NCBI GenBank assembly: GCA_019135895.1
Contig: JAGVVH010000415.1
Span: 3,226 to 67,225 of the forward strand
Reading direction: 5' to 3'
Length of the DNA: 64,000 nucleotides
Source of the DNA: Bacteroidota bacterium
GTDB lineage: Bacteria; Bacteroidota; Bacteroidia; Bacteroidales; WCHB1-69
Shown here: positions 19,464 through 30,600 of the stretch, one piece after another
Numbering within the stretch: position 1 is the first letter of the stretch
How the letters are laid out: each line of letters opens with the position of its first letter
Program-made: the position numbers and the translations under genes
Notes under the pieces: model-generated
What the model saw: only the letters and a program-made list of their open reading frames with translations
Told to the model about the DNA's origin: nothing
The model's database searches: none

Positions 19464-21359
19464 TTATTTGTTAGATGCTTTACTCCAAATTTTTAGCTGA
19501 GAAACAAGACTTTCAACATCAAATCCCAGCTCACTATGAAGATTAGGGATATCACCATGGTCAATAAATTTGTCGGGAATTGCAATAGGATGCAAAATAT
19601 TGGAATAATGTCGATTTTCAAGAAATTCTGCTACGGCTGAAAATAAACCTCCCTTTTCAGTCCCATCTTCCACGGTAACCAAAATTGGATATTTTTCTGC
19701 AATTCTAGTTAAAAGATCTTCATCAATAGGTTTAAGAAATTGCATATCAATATGGGCAGGGAAAATATCCTGAGATTCAAGAATGTCAATTGCCTCAGCA
19801 ACATTATTTCCAATTGGCCCTAAGGAGATGACTGCCATATTTTGACCGTCTCTCAATATATTGCCTTTACCAATGGTCATTTTTTGGAATGGCTGATGCC
19901 AATTTTTATGAACACCTCTTCCACGGGGATAACGGATAGCAAAAGGATTAGTTTTATTAAGATAGGCAGTATATAATAAATTCCGTAAAACAATTTCATC
20001 CAAAGGAGATGCAATAATCATATTGGGTACCGAACGAAGAAAAGCCAGATCAAATGCTCCATGATGAGTTACGCCGTCTTCTCCAACAATCCCCGCTCGA
20101 TCAATACAAAATATAACTGGAAGATTTTGCAAGGCAACATCATGAATTATTTGGTCATATCCTCTTTGTAAAAAAGATGAATATATGTTGCAGAAAGGGA
20201 TATATCCTTCAACAGCAAGTCCTGCAGAAAAAGTAACGGCATGTTGTTCCGCAATCCCTACGTCAAACATGCGGTCAGGATAATGTTCCTTGAGAATGTT
20301 TAAAGAACAACCGGTTGCCATGGCAGGAGTAATGCCAACAACTTTTTCATTTAATTTAGCCAGTTCAAGAATTGTTTCTCCGAAAACTGTTTGATATTTT
20401 GGTGGAGTATCAGGACTGTAATTTTCAATGAGTTCTCCGGTGTCTGGATTGAATTTTCCCGGGGCATGATAGGTGGTCTGGTCAGATTCTGCAAGTTTAA
20501 GACCTTTCCCCTTTACTGTAATAATATGTAATAATTTAGGACCGGAAATGTTTTTTAATGCCTGCAATATGGCAACAAGTTTTACCACATCATGACCATC
20601 AGCCGGACCAAAATAACGAAAACCCATACTCTGAAAGAGATTACTTCCACTGAGCAGGAAGCCCTTCAGGACATTCCCCATGCTGCTCAAAAAATGGGTT
20701 AATTTATTAGACTGTTTCTTTTTAAAAGTAAAGAAATTCCACAACTTGTTTTTATATCTGTTATAGGCAGGAGATGAAGTGATATTAAGCAGATATTGGC
20801 TCATTGCCCCAACATTACTGTCAATTGCTATTTTATTGTCATTAAGTATAATCAACATATTGGCATTTGAACCGCCGGCATGATTCATTGCTTCGAAAGC
20901 CATTCCTCCCCCCATTGCACCATCTCCAATAACCGCAATATGATTTCGATTTATATTTCCATCTAATTTGGCTGCAGCAGCCATTCCCATAATGGCAGAA
21001 ATGGAAGTGGAAGAGTGGCCGGTTCCAAATGAGTCATATTCGCTTTCACTCATTTTCGGGAATCCGCTGATACCTTTGTATTTTCTATTAGTATGAAAAT
21101 GTTCTTTTCTACCGGTCAATATTTTATGAGTATAGGCCTGATGGCCTACATCCCAAACTAATTTATCATCAGGAGTATTAAAAACATAATGAATGGCAAC
21201 AGTCAATTCTATTGTTCCAAGACTTGCCCCAAGATGACCCGGATTTTCTGCAGTTTCGTTAATGATAAATTCGCGGAGTTCTTCACACAATTTCGGCAGT
21301 TCAATAATGTTGAGTTTTCTAAGATCTTCCGGGTATTTTATTTGATCGAGATAGTTCAT
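19464..21359 (-). CDS. dxs: 1-deoxy-D-xylulose-5-phosphate synthase
   Basis: GHLGASLG, VWDVGHQAYTHKILTGR, GDGAMGGGMAFEAMNHAG, AEQHAVTF. Confidence 0.95.
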   Translation of the reverse strand: MNYLDQIKYPEDLRKLNIIELPKLCEELREFIINETAENPGHLGASLGTIELTVAIHYVFNTPDDKLVWDVGHQAYTHKILTGRKEHFHTNRKYKGISGFPKMSESEYDSFGTGHSSTSISAIMGMAAAAKLDGNINRNHIAVIGDGAMGGGMAFEAMNHAGGSNANMLIILNDNKIAIDSNVGAMSQYLLNITSSPAYNRYKNKLWNFFTFKKKQSNKLTHFLSSMGNVLKGFLLSGSNLFQSMGFRYFGPADGHDVVKLVAILQALKNISGPKLLHIITVKGKGLKLAESDQTTYHAPGKFNPDTGELIENYSPDTPPKYQTVFGETILELAKLNEKVVGITPAMATGCSLNILKEHYPDRMFDVGIAEQHAVTFSAGLAVEGYIPFCNIYSSFLQRGYDQIIHDVALQNLPVIFCIDRAGIVGEDGVTHHGAFDLAFLRSVPNMIIASPLDEIVLRNLLYTAYLNKTNPFAIRYPRGRGVHKNWHQPFQKMTIGKGNILRDGQNMAVISLGPIGNNVAEAIDILESQDIFPAHIDMQFLKPIDEDLLTRIAEKYPILVTVEDGTEKGGLFSAVAEFLENRHYSNILHPIAIPDKFIDHGDIPNLHSELGFDVESLVSQLKIWSKASNK

Positions 21360-21392
21360 AATTGGATGTTCTTAATTATCTATTTCGACAAG

Positions 21393-22622
21393 TTAATCTT
21401 GTTCTAAAATTGGTTCATGGTTGATAAGGTCATAATAGAAAGCAATAATTTTTTCTGTAATTATTTCATTGTTATGATAAAGTGTGACATAATTTTTAGC
21501 ATTTTCACCAATAATTTTGCATATATCAGGTGTCCTTACACATTTATCAATCACTTCAATAAACTCATCCGGATCATTAGCAATGAGAATATTTTTACCG
21601 TTTTCTACCGATAAACCCTCGGCTCCGATAGTTGTAGTAATAATTGTTTTGCCAAGGGCCATCCCTTCAAGTATTTTGATTCTTACTCCGCTTCCTGACA
21701 AAAGAGGAACAATCATAATATCTTTTGATAAGATAAATTCTTTAGCATCTTTTACTTCTCCAAGAATAATCAAGTTGGGAATGTTGTATTCCAAAAATTT
21801 AGCCGGGGTGTTTCTTCCTGCAATTGCAAAAGTCAATTGAGGAAATAATGCATTAATTTTACCCCAAACCTTTTCAATAAACCAGCTAAGACCTTCAATA
21901 TTAGGGGCCCAATTCATACTTCCAATATGAAATAATTCGGGTTTATCTGATGGGATATATTCATCTTCCGAATGATAAAGTTCCATATCAATTCCAGCTT
22001 CAATAACAGTTCCTGGGACATACGGGAATAATTCATGGAAGAAGTTATAATCCTGATCAGAGATAGCCATATAGCCATCGATAAGGTTGAAGGTTGAATA
22101 TTCAAACTTTTTTAACTGATTGGTTATTCTTCTTAAAATAATCTTTTTGGCAATATTTTTTTCATGAAGCATAATCCGCTCCCATATTCTATGTTCTATG
22201 TTATGGGTACGGAGAACAATTTTAGCTTTAGAGTATTGTCTAATAACAGGAATATAGGGCGCAATAAAAATTGTTTCCAAGTGAATAACATCAAACTCTT
22301 CAGCTTTCAGAATAGAGATAATTTTTTGAGTTAACTCCTTCGAAATAAAACGTTGGACATGATAGGATTTATTTAACATCAATGCTTTTAATAAGCTGAG
22401 TTTTTTCAAGGAAGTATCAATAAAAACACTTTCAAACCGGGTTTTCATTAAATAATCCTGAGGTAATTCAGATTTTTTAAAAGGATGTTTCGGTGTTGAT
22501 ATAGCCACTACTTTTATATCATGCCCACTTTTAAGTACGCCACGGGTAATATTGTTGATGGCTATACAACCTCCGTCCACCGCCGGTAAAGGAGGCTTAT
22601 TACAAAACTGAAGTATTTTCAT
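21393..22622 (-). CDS. glycosyltransferase family 4
   Basis: C-terminal GT-B motif SGSGVRIKILEGMALGKTIITTTIGAEG. The start overlaps the upstream stop (ATGA). Confidence 0.75.
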   Translation of the reverse strand: MKILQFCNKPPLPAVDGGCIAINNITRGVLKSGHDIKVVAISTPKHPFKKSELPQDYLMKTRFESVFIDTSLKKLSLLKALMLNKSYHVQRFISKELTQKIISILKAEEFDVIHLETIFIAPYIPVIRQYSKAKIVLRTHNIEHRIWERIMLHEKNIAKKIILRRITNQLKKFEYSTFNLIDGYMAISDQDYNFFHELFPYVPGTVIEAGIDMELYHSEDEYIPSDKPELFHIGSMNWAPNIEGLSWFIEKVWGKINALFPQLTFAIAGRNTPAKFLEYNIPNLIILGEVKDAKEFILSKDIMIVPLLSGSGVRIKILEGMALGKTIITTTIGAEGLSVENGKNILIANDPDEFIEVIDKCVRTPDICKIIGENAKNYVTLYHNNEIITEKIIAFYYDLINHEPILEQD

Positions 22623-24061
22623 TTTGAAATCTCGGAAGATTTATTTATAAAATTAAATTTTTTAATCCATTTAGCATATTCTTCTGTTGATAATACTGCT
22701 GAATCTATTGTTGCTTTATTTGTCAAAAATGCACAAATGGGAATCAATATAAATGTTGAAAACCACATTCCTATGTTAACGGGGATAAGACTTCCTTTTG
22801 AAACTTTTTCGCCAATAATTGAAATTACAAAATAGAAAGTAAAAAATACAATAGTAACCACTAGTGGAATCCCGATGCCGCCTTTTCTTATTATTGATCC
22901 AAGAGGAGCTCCAATAAAAAAGAACAGAACACAGGCAACAGCTAAAGTAAATTTTCTATGCCATTCAATTTGGTATGACCAAAGGGCAATATTGCGGTAA
23001 TCCATTTCATCATAGGAAAATTTCACTGAATTGATAAAATTTCCCGAACATTGTTGTGCAAAATTAAAAATTCTTTCCTGATTTCGGAAAGGAATACTGT
23101 CTATGGAATATTTTGAAACATTTTCCATCGGGATATAATCTGCTGTATCAGATTTTATTATTTGGCTGAAATAAAATAAATTATTAAAGAATGAGCTGGA
23201 TGCATTAGAAGTAATCAAAGAAATCTGTTTTTTCAGAGTATCAATTTCTTTAGTTAAATCTTTAATTGGCAATGCCTTAGTAGTTGTTTTAAAAAAAGAC
23301 TCATCAGATTTCTGAATTTGAAAAGAGGAAAGGTCAAAACGTTTATATTGTTCTTTGAATTTTGCTCTTGTTAAAGGGAAACGGGTACCTCTGCTATTAT
23401 TATTTTGACTTTCATCCCAAAAATAGCCGTTGTAGAGTATAAAAAGCATATATTTCTTATCAGGAGTAATCTTCATAGTGCCTTTTTTTGCATAAGTCAT
23501 GGTTGTATTTCCCTGATGTTTTGAATGGTCATATATCAAGACATCTTCAATAGTTTCATTATTGCGATGTTTTTTCCCAATTCGAATCGTGTAATTGTCA
23601 AAGCCATCATAAAAGGTCCCTTCTTCAATGCTTAAGGCAGGTTTTTGCTCTCTGATGTCGTATAGTAACGTTCTCATTTTGATGTATGCTTTGGGGCTTA
23701 CATTATTGCTAAACCAAAATGAACCACCGGCAATTACAACTGAAAGCAATGCAAGCGGGATCATCAATTTGCTGATTGGAATTCCGGCTGATTTTAGTGC
23801 CACAATTTCATAACGCTCACCTAATGAACCAAAAGTCATTAAAGAGGATAGGAGCACAGCCAAAGGAGCAGCCATTGAGACAAAAGTAGCTGAGGCAAAT
23901 AATAAGAGTTCAAGAATCAGATGTATTTCCAAACCTTTTCCAACTAATTCATCAACATACTTCCATAAGAATTGCATCAGCAGGATAAAAAGTGCAAAGA
24001 AAAAAGTAAGGACAAAGGGCCCGAGAAATTTTTTTATTAAGTAGCGATAAATAATTTTCAC
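22619..24061 (-). CDS. LptF/LptG family permease (YjgP/YjgQ)
   Basis: N-terminus IIYRYLIKKFLGPFVLTFF, six hydrophobic segments with a large central periplasmic domain. GTG start. Confidence 0.8.
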   Translation of the reverse strand: MKIIYRYLIKKFLGPFVLTFFFALFILLMQFLWKYVDELVGKGLEIHLILELLLFASATFVSMAAPLAVLLSSLMTFGSLGERYEIVALKSAGIPISKLMIPLALLSVVIAGGSFWFSNNVSPKAYIKMRTLLYDIREQKPALSIEEGTFYDGFDNYTIRIGKKHRNNETIEDVLIYDHSKHQGNTTMTYAKKGTMKITPDKKYMLFILYNGYFWDESQNNNSRGTRFPLTRAKFKEQYKRFDLSSFQIQKSDESFFKTTTKALPIKDLTKEIDTLKKQISLITSNASSSFFNNLFYFSQIIKSDTADYIPMENVSKYSIDSIPFRNQERIFNFAQQCSGNFINSVKFSYDEMDYRNIALWSYQIEWHRKFTLAVACVLFFFIGAPLGSIIRKGGIGIPLVVTIVFFTFYFVISIIGEKVSKGSLIPVNIGMWFSTFILIPICAFLTNKATIDSAVLSTEEYAKWIKKFNFINKSSEISK

Positions 24062-24074
24062 GGATAAAAACTAA

Positions 24075-24920
24075 TTAGTAATCCCCGATAGTTTCGGGTA
24101 ACTGAGCCAACGCTTTCGCTGCTTGTTCGTCGTTTGGAGGAGTTCCGTGCCATTTATGAGTACCCACCATGAAATCAACACCCATTCCCATTTCGGTGTG
24201 CATTATAATAATGATCGGTTTTCCTTTTCCGGTTAATGTTTTAGCATATTTTAGCATTTTAACGGTATCTTCCATAGCATTGCCGTTCATTTCAATAACT
24301 TCCCAGTCAAATGCAAGAAACTTGGATTTTAAATTTCCAAGACTGCATACGTCATCCGTTGATCCATCAATCTGTTTTTTGTTATAATCAACAATAGCAA
24401 TAAGGTTGTCAATTTTATTTGCAGAAGCAAAAAGCAAAGATTCCCAGATTTGTCCTTCTTCAAGTTCACCGTCTCCGGTCAGAACAAATACTGTTTTGTC
24501 ATCTTTATTGTTTTTTTTGGCAATAGCAGCTCCAATGGCAACTGAAATACCTTGCCCTAATGAACCGGAGGTAACTCTGATTCCAGGTAAATGTTTAGCA
24601 GGTGTAGGATGTCCTTGCAATCTTGATCCAAAAAGCCTGAATGACTTTAATTCATCTATTGGAAAATATCCGCGACGTGCCATTACACTATATAAAACAG
24701 GAGTCAGATGACCATTAGAAATAAAAAACATATCTTCATTAGTTCCTGTTTGCGTAAAATTTGTTGGATTAACATCCAAAATTTCAAAATACAGAGCTGT
24801 CAAAAAATCGGCACAGCCAAGTGATCCCCCGGGATGTCCTGATTTAGCATTGTGAACCATTCTGATTATATCTCTTCTAACCTGAGCTGAAATAGTCTCT
24901 AATTCTCTAATTGAAGTCAT
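24075..24920 (-). CDS. transketolase, N-terminal (TPP-binding) half of a split enzyme
   Basis: GHPGGSLG, SNGHLTPVLY, GSLGQGISVAIG, TGDGELEEGQIWES. Only 281 aa, and no C-terminal half lies adjacent. Confidence 0.85.
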   Translation of the reverse strand: MTSIRELETISAQVRRDIIRMVHNAKSGHPGGSLGCADFLTALYFEILDVNPTNFTQTGTNEDMFFISNGHLTPVLYSVMARRGYFPIDELKSFRLFGSRLQGHPTPAKHLPGIRVTSGSLGQGISVAIGAAIAKKNNKDDKTVFVLTGDGELEEGQIWESLLFASANKIDNLIAIVDYNKKQIDGSTDDVCSLGNLKSKFLAFDWEVIEMNGNAMEDTVKMLKYAKTLTGKGKPIIIIMHTEMGMGVDFMVGTHKWHGTPPNDEQAAKALAQLPETIGDY

Positions 24921-24977
24921 TCTGAATAATATTTTGATTAATTGTCTAACGATTTATTATAAAGTATATTATATTTT

Positions 24978-25499
24978 TTAAATTACATTTTCATTTGTTT
25001 TTAGTATTTCATTTTCTAACTGAGTGAGAAAATAAGTTCCCAGTAAAGTTATGGTCTCAAGTTGAGAAAGATAAGTAAAGTCTTTTGAAACTTCGATATC
25101 TCCTTTAATAGTCCCGGCAATGGTTGGTTTATAACGAACAATAATCTGATTTTTTTCGTTAGTCCATCCCCATTGGTTTTTCCAAAGATTAATTAGTCTG
25201 AAGTAAAAGGCAACTTTATCAATTGTAATTTTTGTATAGCAATCCAGATTCAAATAAGCAATAGTTTCATTTGTATCATGTTTTTCTTTACGAAGTGTAA
25301 TATAGGGTTTAAAAAAACCGCATCTTTTAACCGTAAATGTTCCCTGATAAGTTTCAAGTCGTGCTAAAGTTCCGGTATTATTAACCAGGTCGACAGAACC
25401 ATATAACTCTTCTCCGGATTTTATTTCATAGTATTTTTTTATAATATCGGGTTTGATTATTTGGAGGGTTGTTATCGGGCTCTCACTAATTGTTTTCAT
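24978..25499 (-). CDS. hypothetical protein
   Basis: ATG at 25499 (MKTISESP...) avoids overlap with the upstream HIT gene. No recognised family. Confidence 0.45.
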   Translation of the reverse strand: MKTISESPITTLQIIKPDIIKKYYEIKSGEELYGSVDLVNNTGTLARLETYQGTFTVKRCGFFKPYITLRKEKHDTNETIAYLNLDCYTKITIDKVAFYFRLINLWKNQWGWTNEKNQIIVRYKPTIAGTIKGDIEVSKDFTYLSQLETITLLGTYFLTQLENEILKTNENVI

Positions 25500-25518
25500 T
25501 GCTGATAAAATATTATGG

Positions 25519-25917
25519 TTATTGTGTGATGGCTTTTGATATTTCAGATGCAATTGCTTCAAATTCTTCTTTACTAAGAGAAACTCTTTTTCCGGCGAAG
25601 TTCATTTCTTCAACTTTATTTATGGGAATCAGATGAATATGAGTATGGGGGACATCAAGTCCAATAACAGCAACACCGATTCTTTTACAAGGGATAACTT
25701 TTTCTATTCCGATAGCTACTTTTTTAGCAAAAAGTGTTAATTCTGAAAGCATAGCATCTTCAAGGTCAAAAATATAGTCATTTTGAATTTTTGGTACTAC
25801 CAGAGCATGTCCTTTAGCTAAAGGGGAAATATCTAAGAAAGATATAAAATTATCATTCTCAGCAATTTTATAACAAGGAATTTCACCTTTGATTATTTTT
25901 GTAAATATTGTTTCCAT
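25519..25917 (-). CDS. HIT (histidine triad) family protein
   Basis: METIFTKIIKGEIP..., PLAKGHALVVPK, and histidine triad HTHIHLIP. Confidence 0.88.
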   Translation of the reverse strand: METIFTKIIKGEIPCYKIAENDNFISFLDISPLAKGHALVVPKIQNDYIFDLEDAMLSELTLFAKKVAIGIEKVIPCKRIGVAVIGLDVPHTHIHLIPINKVEEMNFAGKRVSLSKEEFEAIASEISKAITQ

Positions 25918-25918
25918 T

Positions 25919-26392
25919 TTATCTTGATACATTTAAAATCTCAAATTGTATTTTGCCTGCCGGAACATCAACCGTAATCTTATCTCCGCTTTGTTTGCCT
26001 AATAATGCACTTGCAATAGGCGATGTGACAGATATTTTCCCAAGTTTTATGTCAGCTTCAGATTCAGGAACTATAGTATAGCTCATTTCAACTTTATTAG
26101 AAATATTTTTAATTTTAACAATAGAATATAGCAATATCTTAGAAGTGTCAATTTTAGTTTCATCTAAAACTCTTGCATTTGCAATTAAGTTTTTCAATTT
26201 GGATATTTTAAGTTCAAGAAGCCCTTGTGCCTCTTTAGCGGCATCATATTCTGCATTTTCCGAAAGATCTCCTTTATCTCTGGCTTCAGCAATTGCTGCT
26301 GATATTTTGGGTCTTTCAACAGATTCAAGTTCTAACAACTCTTGTCTTAAAGTTTCTAAACCTTCTTTTGAATAGTATTTAATTTTGTTCAT
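25919..26392 (-). CDS. greA: transcription elongation factor GreA
   Basis: Length 157 aa. ARDKGDLSENAEYDAAKEAQ (coiled-coil finger) and C-terminal SPIASALLGK. Confidence 0.93.
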   Translation of the reverse strand: MNKIKYYSKEGLETLRQELLELESVERPKISAAIAEARDKGDLSENAEYDAAKEAQGLLELKISKLKNLIANARVLDETKIDTSKILLYSIVKIKNISNKVEMSYTIVPESEADIKLGKISVTSPIASALLGKQSGDKITVDVPAGKIQFEILNVSR

Positions 26393-26423
26393 AATTTCTA
26401 TTGTTTGAATAACAATGAAAATT

Positions 26424-26445
26424 AAAGAGGCCCAAAAGCCTCCTT
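26424..26445 (-). terminator. probable terminator of the three-gene outer-membrane operon
   Basis: GC-core stem gaggc (26427-26431) / gcctc (26438-26442) with flanking A:T pairs. On the minus strand it is followed by CTTTAATTTTC. Confidence 0.45.
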
Positions 26446-26476
26446 AATTTAATATTTTAAAAGGATTATATGGTTT

Positions 26477-27634
26477 CTAGAGTGCTACTTTTAAACTAAT
26501 ATAATGGTTTCCTTTCCATTTATTTGTAAATCTATATGCATAATCTAAAATTAATTTCTGATTTCCCTTGTTCTTTTTTACAAGAGGAATACCCAGAGAA
26601 ACTCCGGCGCAAGGACCAGAATACCATGTTGTGCTGGTTTTAGCATTCCACATACCTCCCTCAATAGTATATCCAGCGCGAATCATAAAAATATCCATAA
26701 GACTATATTCAATTCCCAAAGCGAATAAGTCTCTGGAGTAAGAATTTGCAGTGAATGAACCGGCCAATGTTATTCTGCTTGTTGCATCATTTCGGGTGAG
26801 TCCTTCGTCAATTCTATCTTCTTTGCTCATAGTCTTATATTCTTTTCCCCAAAAAAGGAAGTCATAGGAAATACCGATAGTAAGTAATGAAGGCATTTCG
26901 AATTGAGCAGAACGTTGTTCCAAAGTTAATTCATGATCAGTAGCGTTAACAATTCCTCTGAGAGAATAACCATCACCGGCATAACGCATAGGAAGACCGA
27001 TGTTCTTCATGGTAACTCCAATTTTGAAATTTTCGTAAGGACCAGAAAGATACTGAACGCCGGCATCAATTGCAAAACCTGTTGTACTAAGATCTGCAAT
27101 ACTTTCATTAATTAATTTAAATGATACACCGCCATGGATATATTTATTAAATGATTTGGCATAATGCAAGCCAATATAGAGTAGATTAGGAGAAAAAGTT
27201 CCCATATTACCTTCGGGTTGGGGAACTGTTGTAATTTCAATATCTCCAAAGCCCATAGAGAATACAGAGATACCTAATACACCAAAATTTTTAATAATTT
27301 TTCCTGTTTCCTTATCTTTTTTGGTAAGTGATTGAGCAAGTGCAAAAGAATTAATAGAAATCCCGGAGCCAACCAGATATTGAGTTCTGGAAAATCCAAA
27401 TTCAGTTTTTTTAATAAAAGCCATTCCGGCTACATTAGAGTAAATTGATTCTAATCCACGAATTTCAGCAACTCCCGCAGTTCCCCATCCGTTGGTTCTT
27501 GCCCAGGGGTCAATCAGTAAATGTTGTGCACCTGCTTGGCCTGAACGGTCTTTATTTCCTGCAAATACTTGAGTACTTACAGATAATATTCCCATTAAAG
27601 CGATAATTATTAATGTTTTATATGTTTTATTCAT
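26477..27634 (-). CDS. PorV/PorQ-family (FadL-like) outer-membrane beta-barrel protein
   Basis: Signal peptide. N-terminal signature LLIDPWARTNGWGTAGVAEIRGLESIYSNVAGMAF parallels the PorV-type motif. About 385 aa with alternating-strand composition. Confidence 0.55.
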   Translation of the reverse strand: MNKTYKTLIIIALMGILSVSTQVFAGNKDRSGQAGAQHLLIDPWARTNGWGTAGVAEIRGLESIYSNVAGMAFIKKTEFGFSRTQYLVGSGISINSFALAQSLTKKDKETGKIIKNFGVLGISVFSMGFGDIEITTVPQPEGNMGTFSPNLLYIGLHYAKSFNKYIHGGVSFKLINESIADLSTTGFAIDAGVQYLSGPYENFKIGVTMKNIGLPMRYAGDGYSLRGIVNATDHELTLEQRSAQFEMPSLLTIGISYDFLFWGKEYKTMSKEDRIDEGLTRNDATSRITLAGSFTANSYSRDLFALGIEYSLMDIFMIRAGYTIEGGMWNAKTSTTWYSGPCAGVSLGIPLVKKNKGNQKLILDYAYRFTNKWKGNHYISLKVAL

Positions 27635-27669
27635 AGTCGTATAATATTAAAATTCACAAATTAATAATG

Positions 27670-30600
27670 TTAAAATGCATTTAAGTCAACAGGACGCATT
27701 GCACAGAAGAATTTTAAGGTTCTTTCTCCAATACCCGGGGCTTTTACGTGAATTATGTAAACACCACTTGCAATAGGAATACCGGCATTGTTTTTAAGAT
27801 CCCAATTTACATATGTAGACCCACTGTCTCCTTTTGAAATAGATTTTACCAAAAGCCCACCTACCGTGAAGATAGATATAGAACAATTCTCAGGTAAATT
27901 TACAATTTTAATATAATTTTCCAATGCAGTCGATTCATACATTGAAAAACCATAGTATGGATTAGGAACTACATTAATCTCATCAAGAATACTCTGATGT
28001 GTAGATTCAGCATTAGTAGTTGGAGCAATATTTTTTGTTGTAAAAGTATACATAGGGAATCCATTATTTTGAGATGCGTTTGAAGCAGTCGAAGGGTTGT
28101 CATACCAGCGGGAAGAATATCTCATATAAGGACGGGAAACACGAAGTTTGACAATAGCTTGATTTGAAAGCCAGTTTTCATTTTGGCCGTATGCCGGCAT
28201 AGGAATACTGGTCCACATAACATTATTAAATAATTGCATTTTAAACTGATGAATAATGCTATTACTTAATGTTGAATTATCAACAAACTGAGAGAACTTT
28301 GCCTTTAACCAAGAACATTCATCATATGGACCACATTCGTAGAAAGGATAATCTTTTCCACCAAAAGAGAATGATCCGCCTTGGTTAATTCCATTACTCA
28401 GGAAATATTGATAGCTGTCATTGTAGTTACGTTTTCTATCAAAACCTCTGGCACTGTAAAAAATAGAATTTGTATTACCGCTACTTCCACAAACATATAC
28501 AAAGTGTTTTCCACCCCATACTGGTTCAGTTGTTCCGGTAAAAATACTATTATAAGTTGCTGCATTAATTGGGTAAAGTGTGTCAATACCTTCATCTTCA
28601 TTTGTGTAATGAAAATATGCATAAACATCAGTAGGATTAAAGAGCATATCATTTCCATTATTTCTGGTGTCAGATGAATTTTCTGAAAACATAATATTAA
28701 GACGCTCCCCTGTTTCCACATTGATTGCATAACCCGGGAACCAACCCATACCATATGAATCAGGATCAGAATCAGGGTTCCCATCTTTATCAACGGAGCG
28801 GTGTTTTCTTGGCTCATTTTTCAATGCTCCACCTTCTGAGAGAGTTTCATCATCACAAGCTTCAAGAACAATACAATGTGTCCATTTACTCTTATCGGGA
28901 GTAAGAACAATGTCAACAGAATAAATGTTGGTCATTGTCTGATTAAACCCAGGACAATTAGGAATTGCACCCAACAATGTGAAGTCGTAATAAGGTTCTT
29001 CAGGTTGTACTCCCGGAATGGTGTCAGGTTTAATATATTTTGCCTGAGGTCCGCCATTATAAGGAGACGACAAAACATAAGGAGCCCAAGTTCCTCCAAT
29101 AGCGTCTTCAAATTGTCCCTTAGGATCTTTCCATCCTCTGGATTGCCAACTGTCATTAAGTGTACCTGCAGCCATTAACATGAAGAAATCTTCAGTCTTC
29201 CATTTTGCATAATCATCCCTAACTCCTTCTCCTGCTTCCAATCCTTGCCATTGACCAGAGTTTTGTTGTCCTGAACGAATCCAGTTATTCGGGAAATCTC
29301 CTTCACCATCTTCAACTCCACCCAACCATGGTTTGCTGTTGTCAGCATATTCTATGCTGGAGCCGATGAAGTCTACTTGTGCATATTTAGAAAGGTTAAC
29401 ATAATTTAAACCGGTGGATGTTGATTTTACCCAATCCATTAATTCTTTTTGATGAATTTGAAATTCATAATTTTTAATAGATATAGAAATACCAAGAGGA
29501 AGAATCAATTGTTCATTAGTCATGTCAATACTCATTTTAGAATTGATTATTCTAATAGGGTTGTTATCTTCATCAACTAAATTCAAACTGATAAGTTCTT
29601 CATCAGTAACATCCATAATTTCAAGTTGCCAATTAGTAGAATCTGTAACATCGTCGGCATTTTCAATAAATTTGATAGTATAGTCAAAAGGTTTAACTTT
29701 TAATGGGTCAATAACTTTAATTCCAAGTGGACCATAATTATTTTTATATTGGATTTCATTTATAGCCCATGTTGGTTGTCCGTAATCGTCAAGCTCTCCA
29801 CCAGAGATGATTTTATCTCTTGATTCGTCAGTCATGTCAAGAAAATAACCTCCGTTGCCTTGTCCTTCAATTCTGGTTATCATGGGTTGTGTACCATATG
29901 CAGAATTTAGAACAGTTCCTTCATTTTGAGGAGTTGTTTTGTGAGGTATTCCGGAATATACTTTTATATTCTTTCTACCGGCAAGAAATACTTTTTGCTG
30001 TCCTGCTAAGCCTTCAACACCATTTGTGATAGAATAAGGTGCGAATTCATTGTAGGCATAAGCAATAACCATATAATAATATGTTTTATGATTTACTAAT
30101 TCAGTTGCAGTTGTGGCAAATTTATCTTCGGTTAATTTAAGTGAGTGATAAATTCCATTATTTGAACCATTTACCATTTCTGTTGCAACAGATGAAGCAA
30201 CAGCGTCATTGTAAACCCAGTTAACTAATTGTCCTACAGCGCTTCCGTCAGATCTGTAATTTTCAATATCACATTGACCAACCAGCTTGGCTTTATCAGG
30301 ATCATCAAGATCAGTTACACTTATACTTTTATTTTTCAATTGATAAATCATATATCCTTCAAAACGGTATTTTCTATCATTTGGAATTTTATCAATTGAA
30401 GTGACTTGTCTTGTATAAGTAATGATAGTATCGCGTCCATCTTGTGTGTAAGCATGTATTGTATCAGTCACATTATAAGAAGTTTCAACTTCTCTAAATT
30501 CAGCGATCTGATTGTCAAATTCTTCGTATTCTTCATTATAGTTATTGCTTAACTTGTCATCATTGGAGATGTAAAGGATAAGTTCATTTTCAAGTTCGCG

